Shown: positions 17,436 to 25,589, counted from the stretch's first letter. The stretch is DNA of 64,000 bases from an uncultured virus (IMG/VR IMGVR_UViG_3300037560_000199) (IMGVR_UViG_3300037560_000199), one strand, 5' to 3'. Notes: generated from the sequence alone by a model not told the origin. Numbers and translations are program-made.

Positions 17436-18209
17436 ATGAACAAGAACGGCATCATTCTCTGGGAAGGCAAGTCCAAGCTTGCGGGACATCGCGAGGTTGA
17501 CATCGTTGTGATCGCAGTCGGTCTCAACGATAGCAAGAATCGCAAGACCGGCAACATGCTGCAGACCTATATCCTTCTGCGCGACGTCTCGCCAGTGGAA
17601 GCAATCAAGCTAGGCTTTGACGGTGCGATCTGCGGCAAGTGCGTGCACCGTGGCGACGACGGGTTCAGTGGTCGCACTTGCTACGTGAACGTGGGGCAAG
17701 GTGTCACATCGGTTTGGCTCTGCTTTCAGCGCGGCAATTACGCCAAGGTGCAGAGCACCGAAGAGATTCGCGAAGTCGGTGCGGGTCGCATGGTTCGACT
17801 GGGAACGTACGGCGACCCCAAAGCAGTGCCCGCTGAGATCTGGGAAGCATTGCTCTCTCGTTCAAAGGGTCACACTGGCTACACTCACCAATGGGAAAGC
17901 GCACGCGGCGCAAGATGGCAACGGCTTGTGATGGCAAGTGCGGATACCCCCAACGATGCAACGATGGCGCACGCGAAAGGGTTCCGTACGTTTCGAGTGA
18001 ATCGCGACGGGGTGAAGGCGAAAGGTGAAGTGATATGTCCTGCGAGCGAGGAAGCGGGCAAGAAGCTGCAGTGTGATACGTGCGGCGCATGCAACGGGAC
18101 AGCCACGCAGCGCAAGGGTTCGATTACAATCAAGGCGCATGGTTCGCAGGTGAGCGAGCGCAACCTTGACAAGCTTGATGCGCGGATCATCGCGAGAATG
18201 GCGGCATGA
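17436..18209 (+). CDS. Cys-rich conserved phage protein (GP88-like, possibly Fe-S binding)
   Basis: CGKC...CYV, RLGTYGDP, TGYTHQW, CPAS, CDTCGAC, AHG. Confidence 0.6.
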   Translation: MNKNGIILWEGKSKLAGHREVDIVVIAVGLNDSKNRKTGNMLQTYILLRDVSPVEAIKLGFDGAICGKCVHRGDDGFSGRTCYVNVGQGVTSVWLCFQRGNYAKVQSTEEIREVGAGRMVRLGTYGDPKAVPAEIWEALLSRSKGHTGYTHQWESARGARWQRLVMASADTPNDATMAHAKGFRTFRVNRDGVKAKGEVICPASEEAGKKLQCDTCGACNGTATQRKGSITIKAHGSQVSERNLDKLDARIIARMAA

Positions 18210-18210
18210 T

Positions 18211-18477
18211 GAGCGATTGCAGGATTGCAACCGATTGCAGAAACCTGCATCAGGCTCAAAGCCACGTGGGAGTAAGGCTGCAGCCGAGCGATTGCAGAAT
18301 TGCAAGAATCGTCGTTCTCTCTCTCTCTCTCTACTCTCTAAGAGTCTCTCTCTATACATACAACCTCTCTCTCTCTGTACAACTATACAATTATACAATT
18401 GGTATTGATAAGATACTGATAAACAAAGGGAAAACATACCCGCTGCGATTGCACCCCATTTGCATCCTGCAATCGCT
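18211..18477. repeat. Iteron-like GATTGCA repeats around (CT)n tracts and an AT-rich core; candidate replication origin
   Basis: GAGCGATTGCAG at 18211 and 18286, further GATTGCA copies, inverted copy 18464-18477; (TC)n 18316-18332 and 18365-18376; TATACAAT twice. Confidence 0.6.
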
Positions 18478-18564
18478 AGTTTCTGGGGGTCTGGTGACGT
18501 CACAATGGCGGGCGCTGCGGACAGCTGCGCGATGGTTCGCGGGTGCCCATATAGGCCCAAATAC

Positions 18565-18659
18565 GGATGTTCTAAAGTGTGAACTAGTCGATATCTACGG
18601 TAACGGTCCCGTGGCATAATGGTGTTTCAGTCAAGTTATCAAGTTGGAGCGAAAACGAA
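18565..18659 (+). promoter_or_regulatory. CRP-box/operator/extended -10 promoter cassette
   Basis: TGTGA 18578, operator 18597-18612, TGg-CATAAT 18615, GTTGGAGCG. Confidence 0.8.
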
Positions 18660-18836
18660 ATGCCACATCCTTACCAGAGCCAGTTACGCGCCCTCGAAGC
18701 CTCGCTACTTGCGAAGCTCAATGATCGCGACTGGGACAACTGCCGTCAGACCCTGCGCCGCGAGCTTGCCGATGTTCGCGCTACCATTCAGCAGGTTGCC
18801 AATTGGACCGACACGTCCGCTCAGGAGCAAAGCTAG
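18660..18836 (+). CDS. Hypothetical 58-aa helical protein
   Basis: Cassette RBS GGAGCGAAAACGAA-ATG; not in ORF track. Confidence 0.65.
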   Translation: MPHPYQSQLRALEASLLAKLNDRDWDNCRQTLRRELADVRATIQQVANWTDTSAQEQS

Positions 18837-19003
18837 TGAATGCATTCAAGAAAGCCGAAGCCCGCGCAGCCCTGCAATTGATGGCGCTGCGCAGTGAAGC
18901 CCGCGAGCTTGAGTCTCAGCTGCGAGGCAAGCGCGGAAACAGAGAGCTGATCAAGCGCGAACTCTTCGCCGTTCGGTCCATCATCATTGAGGTAACGTCA
19001 TGA
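18836..19003 (+). CDS. Hypothetical helical protein
   Basis: AGGAGC RBS; GTG overlaps previous stop. Confidence 0.6.
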   Translation: MNAFKKAEARAALQLMALRSEARELESQLRGKRGNRELIKRELFAVRSIIIEVTS

Positions 19004-19263
19004 GCGATCTAATCCAAATCGAACGCGAGCGCTTCGTTGACATCGTGCGCTACAACGTGGTGCTTTGGTCAACCTTCGCAATCGATGATAGCTCAATCTC
19101 TTGCATGCAATACATCGATGACCGTGATGGGTGCGTGCAAGCCCAAGCCATTTACCCCGCGCCCGCGCATCGTGGCGAGCCGGTGGTTCCCATCTATGAG
19201 ACGCGCCCCGAGCATTTCGAGGCTTCGGTTATGCGCGAGCTTCCCGACTACGAAAGCGAGTAG
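19000..19263 (+). CDS. Hypothetical protein
   Basis: GAGG RBS; ATGA coupling. Confidence 0.65.
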   Translation: MSDLIQIERERFVDIVRYNVVLWSTFAIDDSSISCMQYIDDRDGCVQAQAIYPAPAHRGEPVVPIYETRPEHFEASVMRELPDYESE

Positions 19264-19270
19264 CCTATGC

Positions 19271-19335
19271 GCGGCAGCGCTACCGTGATCCACGTCACAG
19301 AACGGGCAACTGCCTGAACTGTGACGGAGATCACA
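19271..19335. promoter_or_regulatory. Operator plus two CRP-type boxes at end of early region
   Basis: GCGGCAGCGCTACCGT 19271-19286; CGTGA-N6-TCACA 19284-19299; TGTGA-N6-TCACA 19320-19335. Confidence 0.7.
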
Positions 19336-19409
19336 CCAGAAAGGTGGCACCCGTCACACCCCGGCTTGACAAACAAGTCGCCGAAGGCCTCCCATTTCAA
19401 TATTTTTGA

Positions 19410-19973
19410 GTGTATACTCCTATAATCTCTTTTCTCAACGGGACCGTTGATGTGGACGAGTACGAGCCTATCGCAAAGATCTGGATCAGTGGGAAGCCCC
19501 CCCTCATCCGCATGCGTGCTCGTCTCGCGTGGGGTGAAGCCATGGAATACCCCCACGTCTTCAAGACCCGCTCCCACGCTCGTCGCATCATGGAAGCATT
19601 CGCCACCGCAGGGCAGATCGCCACCGATGATTGGAATCCGGTCTACTACCAGCCTCCGAAGTACAAGCTGCCGGAAACCGACTTCTCCTACACCCGCAAT
19701 GTCTCAGGCAAGTATGTGGTCCCCGTCGCCGCTGGTGTCGAGACTCACGGTGCCGTGGCTGAACTGCACTTAGCGCTCCCGTGTATTCCCGATGCAGATA
19801 TCTTCGATGACCCCCGAGCTGAGTTAGCCGAGCACTTTCCGCGCATCGTCAAACATGCCCCCCGCAGGCACCAGCGCATGTCCCGTTTGGAGGAGATCAA
19901 TTTGCTGCATATCGTTCGAGCTGAGAAGACGGATATCTTTATCCCCACGGGAGCGTTAGTGAATAATGATTGA
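19410..19973 (+). CDS. Hypothetical protein (start uncertain)
   Basis: 187-aa ORF coupled to next gene. Confidence 0.55.
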   Translation: MYTPIISFLNGTVDVDEYEPIAKIWISGKPPLIRMRARLAWGEAMEYPHVFKTRSHARRIMEAFATAGQIATDDWNPVYYQPPKYKLPETDFSYTRNVSGKYVVPVAAGVETHGAVAELHLALPCIPDADIFDDPRAELAEHFPRIVKHAPRRHQRMSRLEEINLLHIVRAEKTDIFIPTGALVNND

Positions 19974-20157
19974 GTACAAGTTCGTAGCTGTTCACGGGTC
20001 TATGTTGTTTGAAGACCGTATGAAAGAGTTGGTAGAGAAAGGGTGGATGCCTCTGGGTGGGCCTGCCGTAAAAGTGGTTCCCGATAAGCCTGATGGGAGC
20101 TACGATGATCGACCCACATTCTACCAGCACATGGTGAGGGGCGCAGATGATGGCTGA
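19966..20157 (+). CDS. DUF1737-like small protein
   Basis: Y..V...F...EL...GW.PLGGP...FYQHMV pattern. Confidence 0.6.
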   Translation: MIEYKFVAVHGSMLFEDRMKELVEKGWMPLGGPAVKVVPDKPDGSYDDRPTFYQHMVRGADDG

Positions 20158-20488
20158 GCTGCAAAAATATCAGTGGACGATGTCGGGGATGCGCCCTGAC
20201 GATTCTCAGTTGGGCGCGATGTGGTTTTACAGGGGCATCGACGTGGATGCCGCACTGGCTGAAGAAGCACCCGTCATGACAGCCGATGAACTTCGAGCTG
20301 AATTGGTCGAGCGCTGCCGTGCAATTGATGCCGACCTGCAGAGGAGGGAACTCATCGTGAGCGCTGTCAATATGGAACACCACGCTGTGATCGAGACCCT
20401 TCGCAGGCAGTACGATGCGTTCGCCTATCTCATTCCCCTGATCGATGATGCGATGGCGGATCGCCCAGTCGAGGAAGATGATGACTGA
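20147..20488 (+). CDS. Hypothetical protein
   Basis: GAGG RBS; overlap coupling. Confidence 0.6.
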   Translation: MMAELQKYQWTMSGMRPDDSQLGAMWFYRGIDVDAALAEEAPVMTADELRAELVERCRAIDADLQRRELIVSAVNMEHHAVIETLRRQYDAFAYLIPLIDDAMADRPVEEDDD

Positions 20489-20660
20489 CAAAACAATTGA
20501 GACCCTCTATGGTGGTGAGTTTGCCGCGCAGCTCGTAAGCGCCCGCATTCCCTTCAGGATCGAGTATGACGAGAACTCGAACATCTTCTACATCCCAGAG
20601 GAACACATCGAGTTTGCGTTCGAGATGATGTCGATGATCCGCAGGACGAAGCTGCGATGA
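20481..20660 (+). CDS. Hypothetical protein
   Basis: GAGG RBS; coupling. Confidence 0.55.
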   Translation: MTDKTIETLYGGEFAAQLVSARIPFRIEYDENSNIFYIPEEHIEFAFEMMSMIRRTKLR

Positions 20661-20752
20661 GGGTGGACCGCTTCGTGCAGGGGTTTGTGATAGGAGTGTT
20701 GTTCGTCATCGTTTTGGTTGAGCTGCGCGCACTGATCGAGTGGTTGCTATGA
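20657..20752 (+). CDS. 31-aa membrane peptide
   Basis: MRVDRFVQGFVIGVLFVIVLVELRALIEWLL; ATGA overlaps at both ends. Confidence 0.5.
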   Translation: MRVDRFVQGFVIGVLFVIVLVELRALIEWLL

Positions 20753-20934
20753 GGGATGTTGAGCGGAAGTTCTGGGAGAAGCTGCAACCCCTGATCGAGC
20801 AGGACATGCAGGTGATGGCTGAGCTGGAAAGGAAGCATGCACGCTTCGCAGCTGAGATGAATCGCAGGATGATCGAGGCTTTCATCGAGGGGAACCCCAA
20901 CCTCAATCTCATACAGAAGACGTACAAGCTGTGA
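20749..20934 (+). CDS. Hypothetical protein
   Basis: ATGA coupling. Confidence 0.55.
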   Translation: MRDVERKFWEKLQPLIEQDMQVMAELERKHARFAAEMNRRMIEAFIEGNPNLNLIQKTYKL

Positions 20935-21179
20935 CTGCTGAAGAGGAGGAGTACGTCCTCACCAATTACAACTCGACTGCGATTTCGATCTATCGTCTCA
21001 AGCGCAAGCTGGGACTAGATGTCCCTGGTGTCATCTATCGCTTTCGCAGGGGGCATGATCCCTGGCCGGATGATTGGACTCGCTGGGTCCCCCGCAGGTA
21101 GAGGGGGTTGCATCTGGTAGCGTTGCCGTGTAGGCTCCTTGGTAGATGAAGAATTCATGGTAGTAAAGGAGTGTGAAAT

Positions 21180-21383
21180 ATGCGCAAGGCAGATGTGGAA
21201 ACCCTCAATACCCTCTTCGATGAGCTGTGTGCGATCCTCGCCCTCATCGAGAAAGAAGCCCCCGAAGACGACGACGATCACTGGTGCAATCGAGTGTTCA
21301 CTGAGTTCGATAATGCCCTGTGTGGAGTCAACAATGTACTCACCGAGCTGCAGCTGATGGTGCAGAAGGGGGATATCAAATGA
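21180..21383 (+). CDS. Hypothetical protein
   Basis: AAGGAG RBS. Confidence 0.65.
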   Translation: MRKADVETLNTLFDELCAILALIEKEAPEDDDDHWCNRVFTEFDNALCGVNNVLTELQLMVQKGDIK

Positions 21384-21607
21384 GCGATACCAATCCCTTC
21401 GACACCCCGGAAGCGAAACTCAAGTACCTGAAGAAGGACTATGAGTATGCGAAGGAACGGCTGCAGTCGAACCAGAAGCGCATGAACAAACTCCTGACAA
21501 AGATGTACCCCCTTAACTCGGACAGGGATTTCTGGTTGAAGGAGATTCAGCGCTGCACCCAGGAGATGTACGAGCTGCAGTTTGGAGACGATGATGAAGT
21601 TTCCTGA
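21380..21607 (+). CDS. Hypothetical coiled-coil protein
   Basis: ATGA coupling. Confidence 0.6.
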   Translation: MSDTNPFDTPEAKLKYLKKDYEYAKERLQSNQKRMNKLLTKMYPLNSDRDFWLKEIQRCTQEMYELQFGDDDEVS

Positions 21608-22073
21608 TTTCAGCAATGTCATGGGGCAGTTCGCACCCCGCTTGCAAGAACTCGATCAGAAGATCAGTGTGCTGGACACGCAGCGCGGAGAGGTGCTCCA
21701 GAGGAGACTCAATGCAATCCTCGAAGAGTTTCATGCGCTGGTCCCCGGCATTGAGTTCGGCAAGACGGTGGTCTCCTATCCAACAGTGCGACCCGGCTAC
21801 GCAAAGACTCCTATCGTGCGCCATGGGATCTTGGGTGAGCCCTTCCGTACGAATTCATTCAGTGGCATCGTTTGGACGCTGCCTTTGTCGCATATTACGA
21901 AGCTTACCCGATGGGATCACAAGGGTGCGGAGTACTTGGCTTATCCCAAGTACAACCGCAGGACTCTGCGTGCAGATCGCAATTCGCACATCAGCACCGG
22001 TGAAGAGTTCGAGATCGTCGGTGAGATTGTGCGCGAAAGTCCGTACGGGCTCTACGAGGTGAAGTTTCTATGA
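21591..22073 (+). CDS. Hypothetical protein
   Basis: GGAG RBS; overlap. Confidence 0.65.
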   Translation: MMKFPDFSNVMGQFAPRLQELDQKISVLDTQRGEVLQRRLNAILEEFHALVPGIEFGKTVVSYPTVRPGYAKTPIVRHGILGEPFRTNSFSGIVWTLPLSHITKLTRWDHKGAEYLAYPKYNRRTLRADRNSHISTGEEFEIVGEIVRESPYGLYEVKFL

Positions 22074-22444
22074 ACCAGACTGATGGACTGCGCAACTTCA
22101 TCTACCAGCAGGTCGATGAGGGTTACGTTCTGCAGTCGGACATGGCTTACACCTTCCTGGGCGAGGAACGTCACGGTTTCTACGTGTGGGCGTTGAAAGG
22201 TCTCGATCCCATCCTGTTGGTCGATCAGTTCAAACGTGACATCCAAGCGTGGGTCAAAGCTGCTGGGCCGAAGGCTACTATCGTCATGCGCAGGTGGCCC
22301 GAGATGGACCCGGTGTTTGAAGGTGGCTTCCAACTGGCTGCGAGGATGCTGATCGTCAATCGCTTCTACAAGAGTGTCTCACCCTCGTTCATGCCGAAGC
22401 CCGAAGGTGAAGAAGCTCAGACGTTGGGAGGCACCGATGAGTAA
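22070..22444 (+). CDS. Hypothetical protein
   Basis: GAGGTG RBS; ATGA coupling. Confidence 0.65.
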   Translation: MNQTDGLRNFIYQQVDEGYVLQSDMAYTFLGEERHGFYVWALKGLDPILLVDQFKRDIQAWVKAAGPKATIVMRRWPEMDPVFEGGFQLAARMLIVNRFYKSVSPSFMPKPEGEEAQTLGGTDE

Positions 22445-22534
22445 GGATGATCGACTGCTGTATGTCTCGATTGCCTTGGTGGTCGTCGGTGCCTGCATGC
22501 TCGTCTTGTCTCGGTTTATCGAGGTGGCAGTGCG

Positions 22535-22723
22535 ATGAAACAGAAATCACCTTACGAGCTAGCTGAGGAGACCGTGGATCACGTCACTGATCAGGGTAGG
22601 CGTATTGTCAAACTCAACCATGACTCGTCACAGCAAGAGAAGGTGCAGGTTTTGAATTACCTGCGCACCGTGAGGACCACCATCGAGCTGATGGAGCACG
22701 AGATCATGAAGGTGCCCCAATGA
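22535..22723 (+). CDS. Hypothetical protein
   Basis: GAGGTG RBS. Confidence 0.55.
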   Translation: MKQKSPYELAEETVDHVTDQGRRIVKLNHDSSQQEKVQVLNYLRTVRTTIELMEHEIMKVPQ

Positions 22724-22899
22724 ACAAAGACATTGAAGACGCGCTGCTAGCGATGCACACCTTGCTGAAGGGAGTCCAAACTGAGCTGGAGGCTATCGGG
22801 ACGCAGTACACGCTGAGCGTCGAAGAAACAGATGCGCTCCATGATCTAGCGGTCGAAGTTGGGAGCGCGATACGTGAAATTGAACGGATGGTGCCATAA
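22720..22899 (+). CDS. Hypothetical protein
   Basis: ATGA coupling; fills gap; not in ORF track. Confidence 0.5.
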   Translation: MNKDIEDALLAMHTLLKGVQTELEAIGTQYTLSVEETDALHDLAVEVGSAIREIERMVP

Positions 22900-22911
22900 G
22901 GAGGTGCAAAT

Positions 22912-23127
22912 ATGACTGGAATTGAACAGGTGCTTGTGTTCGTTGTGGGTATTCTGGTAGGTGCTGTCATCATGCAGTTTCGCCAAGTGCAGAACACACG
23001 GGACTCACTGCAATTGCTCGCTGGGCAGTTCGATCAGCTGCAGGGCATCATGCACGGATACGTCAGGGATACCCGTGCCGAATTCGAGAAGCAGCTCGAC
23101 GCAATCGAGGCGAAATACGAGAAGTGA
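22912..23127 (+). CDS. Small membrane-anchored coiled-coil protein
   Basis: AAGGAGGT RBS; N-terminal hydrophobic helix. Confidence 0.65.
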   Translation: MTGIEQVLVFVVGILVGAVIMQFRQVQNTRDSLQLLAGQFDQLQGIMHGYVRDTRAEFEKQLDAIEAKYEK

Positions 23128-23306
23128 GCTGGGTGGTGATTGCATCTTCGGTGCTGGCGATTGTAGCGGTCATCTTTACAGTGGTTGCGGCAGTTATCAA
23201 TCATCGGACATGGTTCGTCCACATAGTTCGTCTCGAAGAGACCAATCGACGTCTGGAGAAGGCACTCAAGGATATCGAAGATCTTGAACGATGGGTGAAT
23301 AGGTGA
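23124..23306 (+). CDS. Small membrane-anchored coiled-coil protein
   Basis: GTGA coupling; N-terminal hydrophobic helix. Confidence 0.6.
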   Translation: MSWVVIASSVLAIVAVIFTVVAAVINHRTWFVHIVRLEETNRRLEKALKDIEDLERWVNR

Positions 23307-23353
23307 ACAGTAACTAACTCGAACACACGACGTGTCGATAAGAGAGGTACGAC

Positions 23354-23578
23354 ATGGCAACACAGACTGAGATTTGCATCATTCCCGATTGCGAGCAAGA
23401 GGTGAGGTATTACCACCTGCACGTCTGCGCGGCGTGCTATTCCGGCTTAGCGAGGTGGCGAGGCAGACCCGTTGCGGACAAACGCCACAACCTGGGGCGC
23501 TGCAATCGGCTGGTCAGCCGCATGGAGTTCATCATGGGGCATCCCAGGCACCATCCGAAGAAGAAGGGGAGCCAGTAG
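23354..23578 (+). CDS. Zn-finger-like small protein
   Basis: CIIPDC...CAACY; GAGG RBS. Confidence 0.6.
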   Translation: MATQTEICIIPDCEQEVRYYHLHVCAACYSGLARWRGRPVADKRHNLGRCNRLVSRMEFIMGHPRHHPKKKGSQ

Positions 23579-23579
23579 T

Positions 23580-23981
23580 ATGAGTTTTACGGTCACCGTC
23601 TACAAAGTAGCTGACAAAGACCTGGGCAGTATGCTCGCGGGTTTGAAGGTTCCTCGTGGGGCTCGCTATGAGCTAACGCACTTCCTCGATGTCGAGATCC
23701 CTGGTGATATCGCTCCGAAGAAACGCAAGAAGAAGGGGGTGAGACGTTCGCATCAGAGCCTCCTCGAATCAAAGCTCACCATGACTGGGAAGCTGGCGAA
23801 GCAGAAGAACAGTGCGGTCGCACGAGGACTGCTGCTGTTCGAGAACTGCGAGGTCGAGGATGGCATCGGCAATGTGAGTGTCCAGGGTTTCCGTGACTAC
23901 CTGAAGACGCATCGGATGCAGAAGCCCGAGCTGCTGCAGAAGCGCATGTTGCGCGATGGGTACGTGGCTTATTTGGAGTGA
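23580..23981 (+). CDS. Basic hypothetical protein
   Basis: GGAG RBS. Confidence 0.6.
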   Translation: MSFTVTVYKVADKDLGSMLAGLKVPRGARYELTHFLDVEIPGDIAPKKRKKKGVRRSHQSLLESKLTMTGKLAKQKNSAVARGLLLFENCEVEDGIGNVSVQGFRDYLKTHRMQKPELLQKRMLRDGYVAYLE

Positions 23982-23985
23982 AGAC

Positions 23986-24480
23986 GTGGACGAGCTGGAA
24001 GATCTGAGGGATCGGTTTTGGAAGGGGGCTTGGGGAGAGGGGGATTGGTGTCCGGTCTGTGATCGTTGGGGCAAGGTCCACAAGCGCAAGCTCAACAAGG
24101 GCATGGTTCGCTGCTTGATCTACCTGTACCAACAATGGCGCAAAGGAGTGAACGAGTACATTCATGTTCCATCGGAGGCACCTCGCCACGTTCTGAATTC
24201 GGCTGAGATAGGCAAGCTCCAGCACTGGGGTCTGGCAGAGAATATGCCCAACGAGGATGATCCAACGAAGAAGCACACAGGCTATTGGATGATCCTTTCT
24301 AAGGGCATTGCCTTCCTAGAGGGGAGAGTCAAAGTGCCGAGCCATGTGTATATCTTCGACAATACACCTTTGGAGTTCACGCAAGAGATGGTCGATCCCA
24401 GCTGGTGTCTGGGTGAGCCTTTCGACTATCGCGAGTTGATGGACGAGAGGGCAAATGATTTAGATGAGGATTTGAAATGA
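23986..24480 (+). CDS. Conserved phage protein with CxxC, possibly winged-helix
   Basis: CPVC...KL.HWGL...GYW...KG..FL.G...VP. Confidence 0.6.
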   Translation: MDELEDLRDRFWKGAWGEGDWCPVCDRWGKVHKRKLNKGMVRCLIYLYQQWRKGVNEYIHVPSEAPRHVLNSAEIGKLQHWGLAENMPNEDDPTKKHTGYWMILSKGIAFLEGRVKVPSHVYIFDNTPLEFTQEMVDPSWCLGEPFDYRELMDERANDLDEDLK

Positions 24481-24971
24481 GCGACGAAGGGGATACACCG
24501 GATCAAGCACAGTCAGCTGATCCGGGGCAATTTGCAGCAGGGGCGATTCGCCCAATGGAATCCCATCCGCGCACGGTGGTGCTGCGCCATGACGATACCG
24601 GGAGTTACCAGATCCTCATGGGTAGTCGCGTGCTTCAGGGTTTCTGTCAGGAGTTCGAGGATGTTACGGGTTGCTCGATGGGTGTGGACCTGCAGCAGCG
24701 CGTGCGAATTCACATCGAGTATATCGGTCGGCGGCAACAGGCGCGCTACCCTGATCGACAGCCTCCTCCTGATGCTCTCATACGTCATCGAGATCCTGGG
24801 GAAGCTGTGATGATTCGTACTACTGAGCAAGGAATCGAACAGGAGGAAGTCGCTCTGTTCAGCTCAGCTCACCCTCAAGGGATAGAGAGGTGGCCGGATA
24901 TAGCGCGAAGGGGATTGCAAGAAGAAATGACCCGGCTACAAGACATGCTCAACTTGCTAGAAGGCATGTGA
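24477..24971 (+). CDS. Hypothetical protein
   Basis: GAGG RBS; ATGA coupling. Confidence 0.6.
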   Translation: MSDEGDTPDQAQSADPGQFAAGAIRPMESHPRTVVLRHDDTGSYQILMGSRVLQGFCQEFEDVTGCSMGVDLQQRVRIHIEYIGRRQQARYPDRQPPPDALIRHRDPGEAVMIRTTEQGIEQEEVALFSSAHPQGIERWPDIARRGLQEEMTRLQDMLNLLEGM

Positions 24972-24975
24972 TACG

Positions 24976-25119
24976 ATTGCGCTTGCGTGGTATCTGTGAT
25001 TCTTCATCTGTTTCACGCTCCGCCACGCAGTGCAATGGCTTCATGGACTAAGTCGTTGCGGGGACCGCTCGTTGCAACAGGAATATTCCACTCCTAGTCG
25101 CGAGCGGTCCCCACTTTTT
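24976..25119 (+). ncRNA. Candidate trans-acting sRNA antisense to early-gene RBS
   Basis: Extended -10 TGa-TACGAT 24969-24977; hairpin 24976-25036 with loop CATCTGTTT(CA)CGCTCC; 12-bp perfect stem 25060-25071/25101-25112 then T5. Confidence 0.6.
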
Positions 25120-25136
25120 ACTAAGGAGGGGAACCC

Positions 25137-25589
25137 ATGAGTCTCGATGACGATATCCGTCAAGCTATCGCAAACAACCTCACTGCCGAGATCGGCACCC
25201 GTCTCAACGAGCGTCTCACTCAGGCTGATGCCGATGCAGAGCGTATAGGCAAGCTGGAGAAGCAGAACAAAGAATACGAGATGAAACACAGCCGCTGGGA
25301 GATTCATCAGTCTGTAGTGACAGCTCTCGATGAACGTGAGGACGAGGTGTTCAAACGCGAACACGAGATGGAGATCCAAGAAGCGAAAATGGAGATCCGT
25401 CAGGAGTGGGCTCGCACGGCGCACGAGGATTCAATGAAGGTTCTGGAGATCGTCTTCAAAGGACCGGCGCAACGACTCGCCTTCGACCTGCAAGGTGGCC
25501 TCAGTGGGTTGATGACTGCAAACGGCATGAGCCTGAGCCCCTACGCTAACCTCAACGGGAAGATCGAGACCGATGGCGAGTCTGGGTGA
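25137..25589 (+). CDS. Coiled-coil hypothetical protein
   Basis: AAGGAGG RBS. Confidence 0.7.
   Translation: MSLDDDIRQAIANNLTAEIGTRLNERLTQADADAERIGKLEKQNKEYEMKHSRWEIHQSVVTALDEREDEVFKREHEMEIQEAKMEIRQEWARTAHEDSMKVLEIVFKGPAQRLAFDLQGGLSGLMTANGMSLSPYANLNGKIETDGESG

Noticed and set aside
11820..18660. Repeated 70-90 nt elements as a CRISPR array or integron cassette sites
   Set aside because: Spacing is irregular (0.5-1.6 kb) with whole genes between; no cas or integrase gene; the internal layout is fully explained as promoter plus RBS
18166..18897. ORF-track entries 18166-18408, 18206-18619 and 18619-18897
   Set aside because: They run through microsatellite, iteron and promoter DNA and lack an RBS; 18660-18836 has the cassette RBS instead
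7345..19335. FNR-type sites
   Set aside because: Boxes are TGTGA-N6-TCACA, not TTGAT-N4-ATCAA; another CRP-family member cannot be excluded
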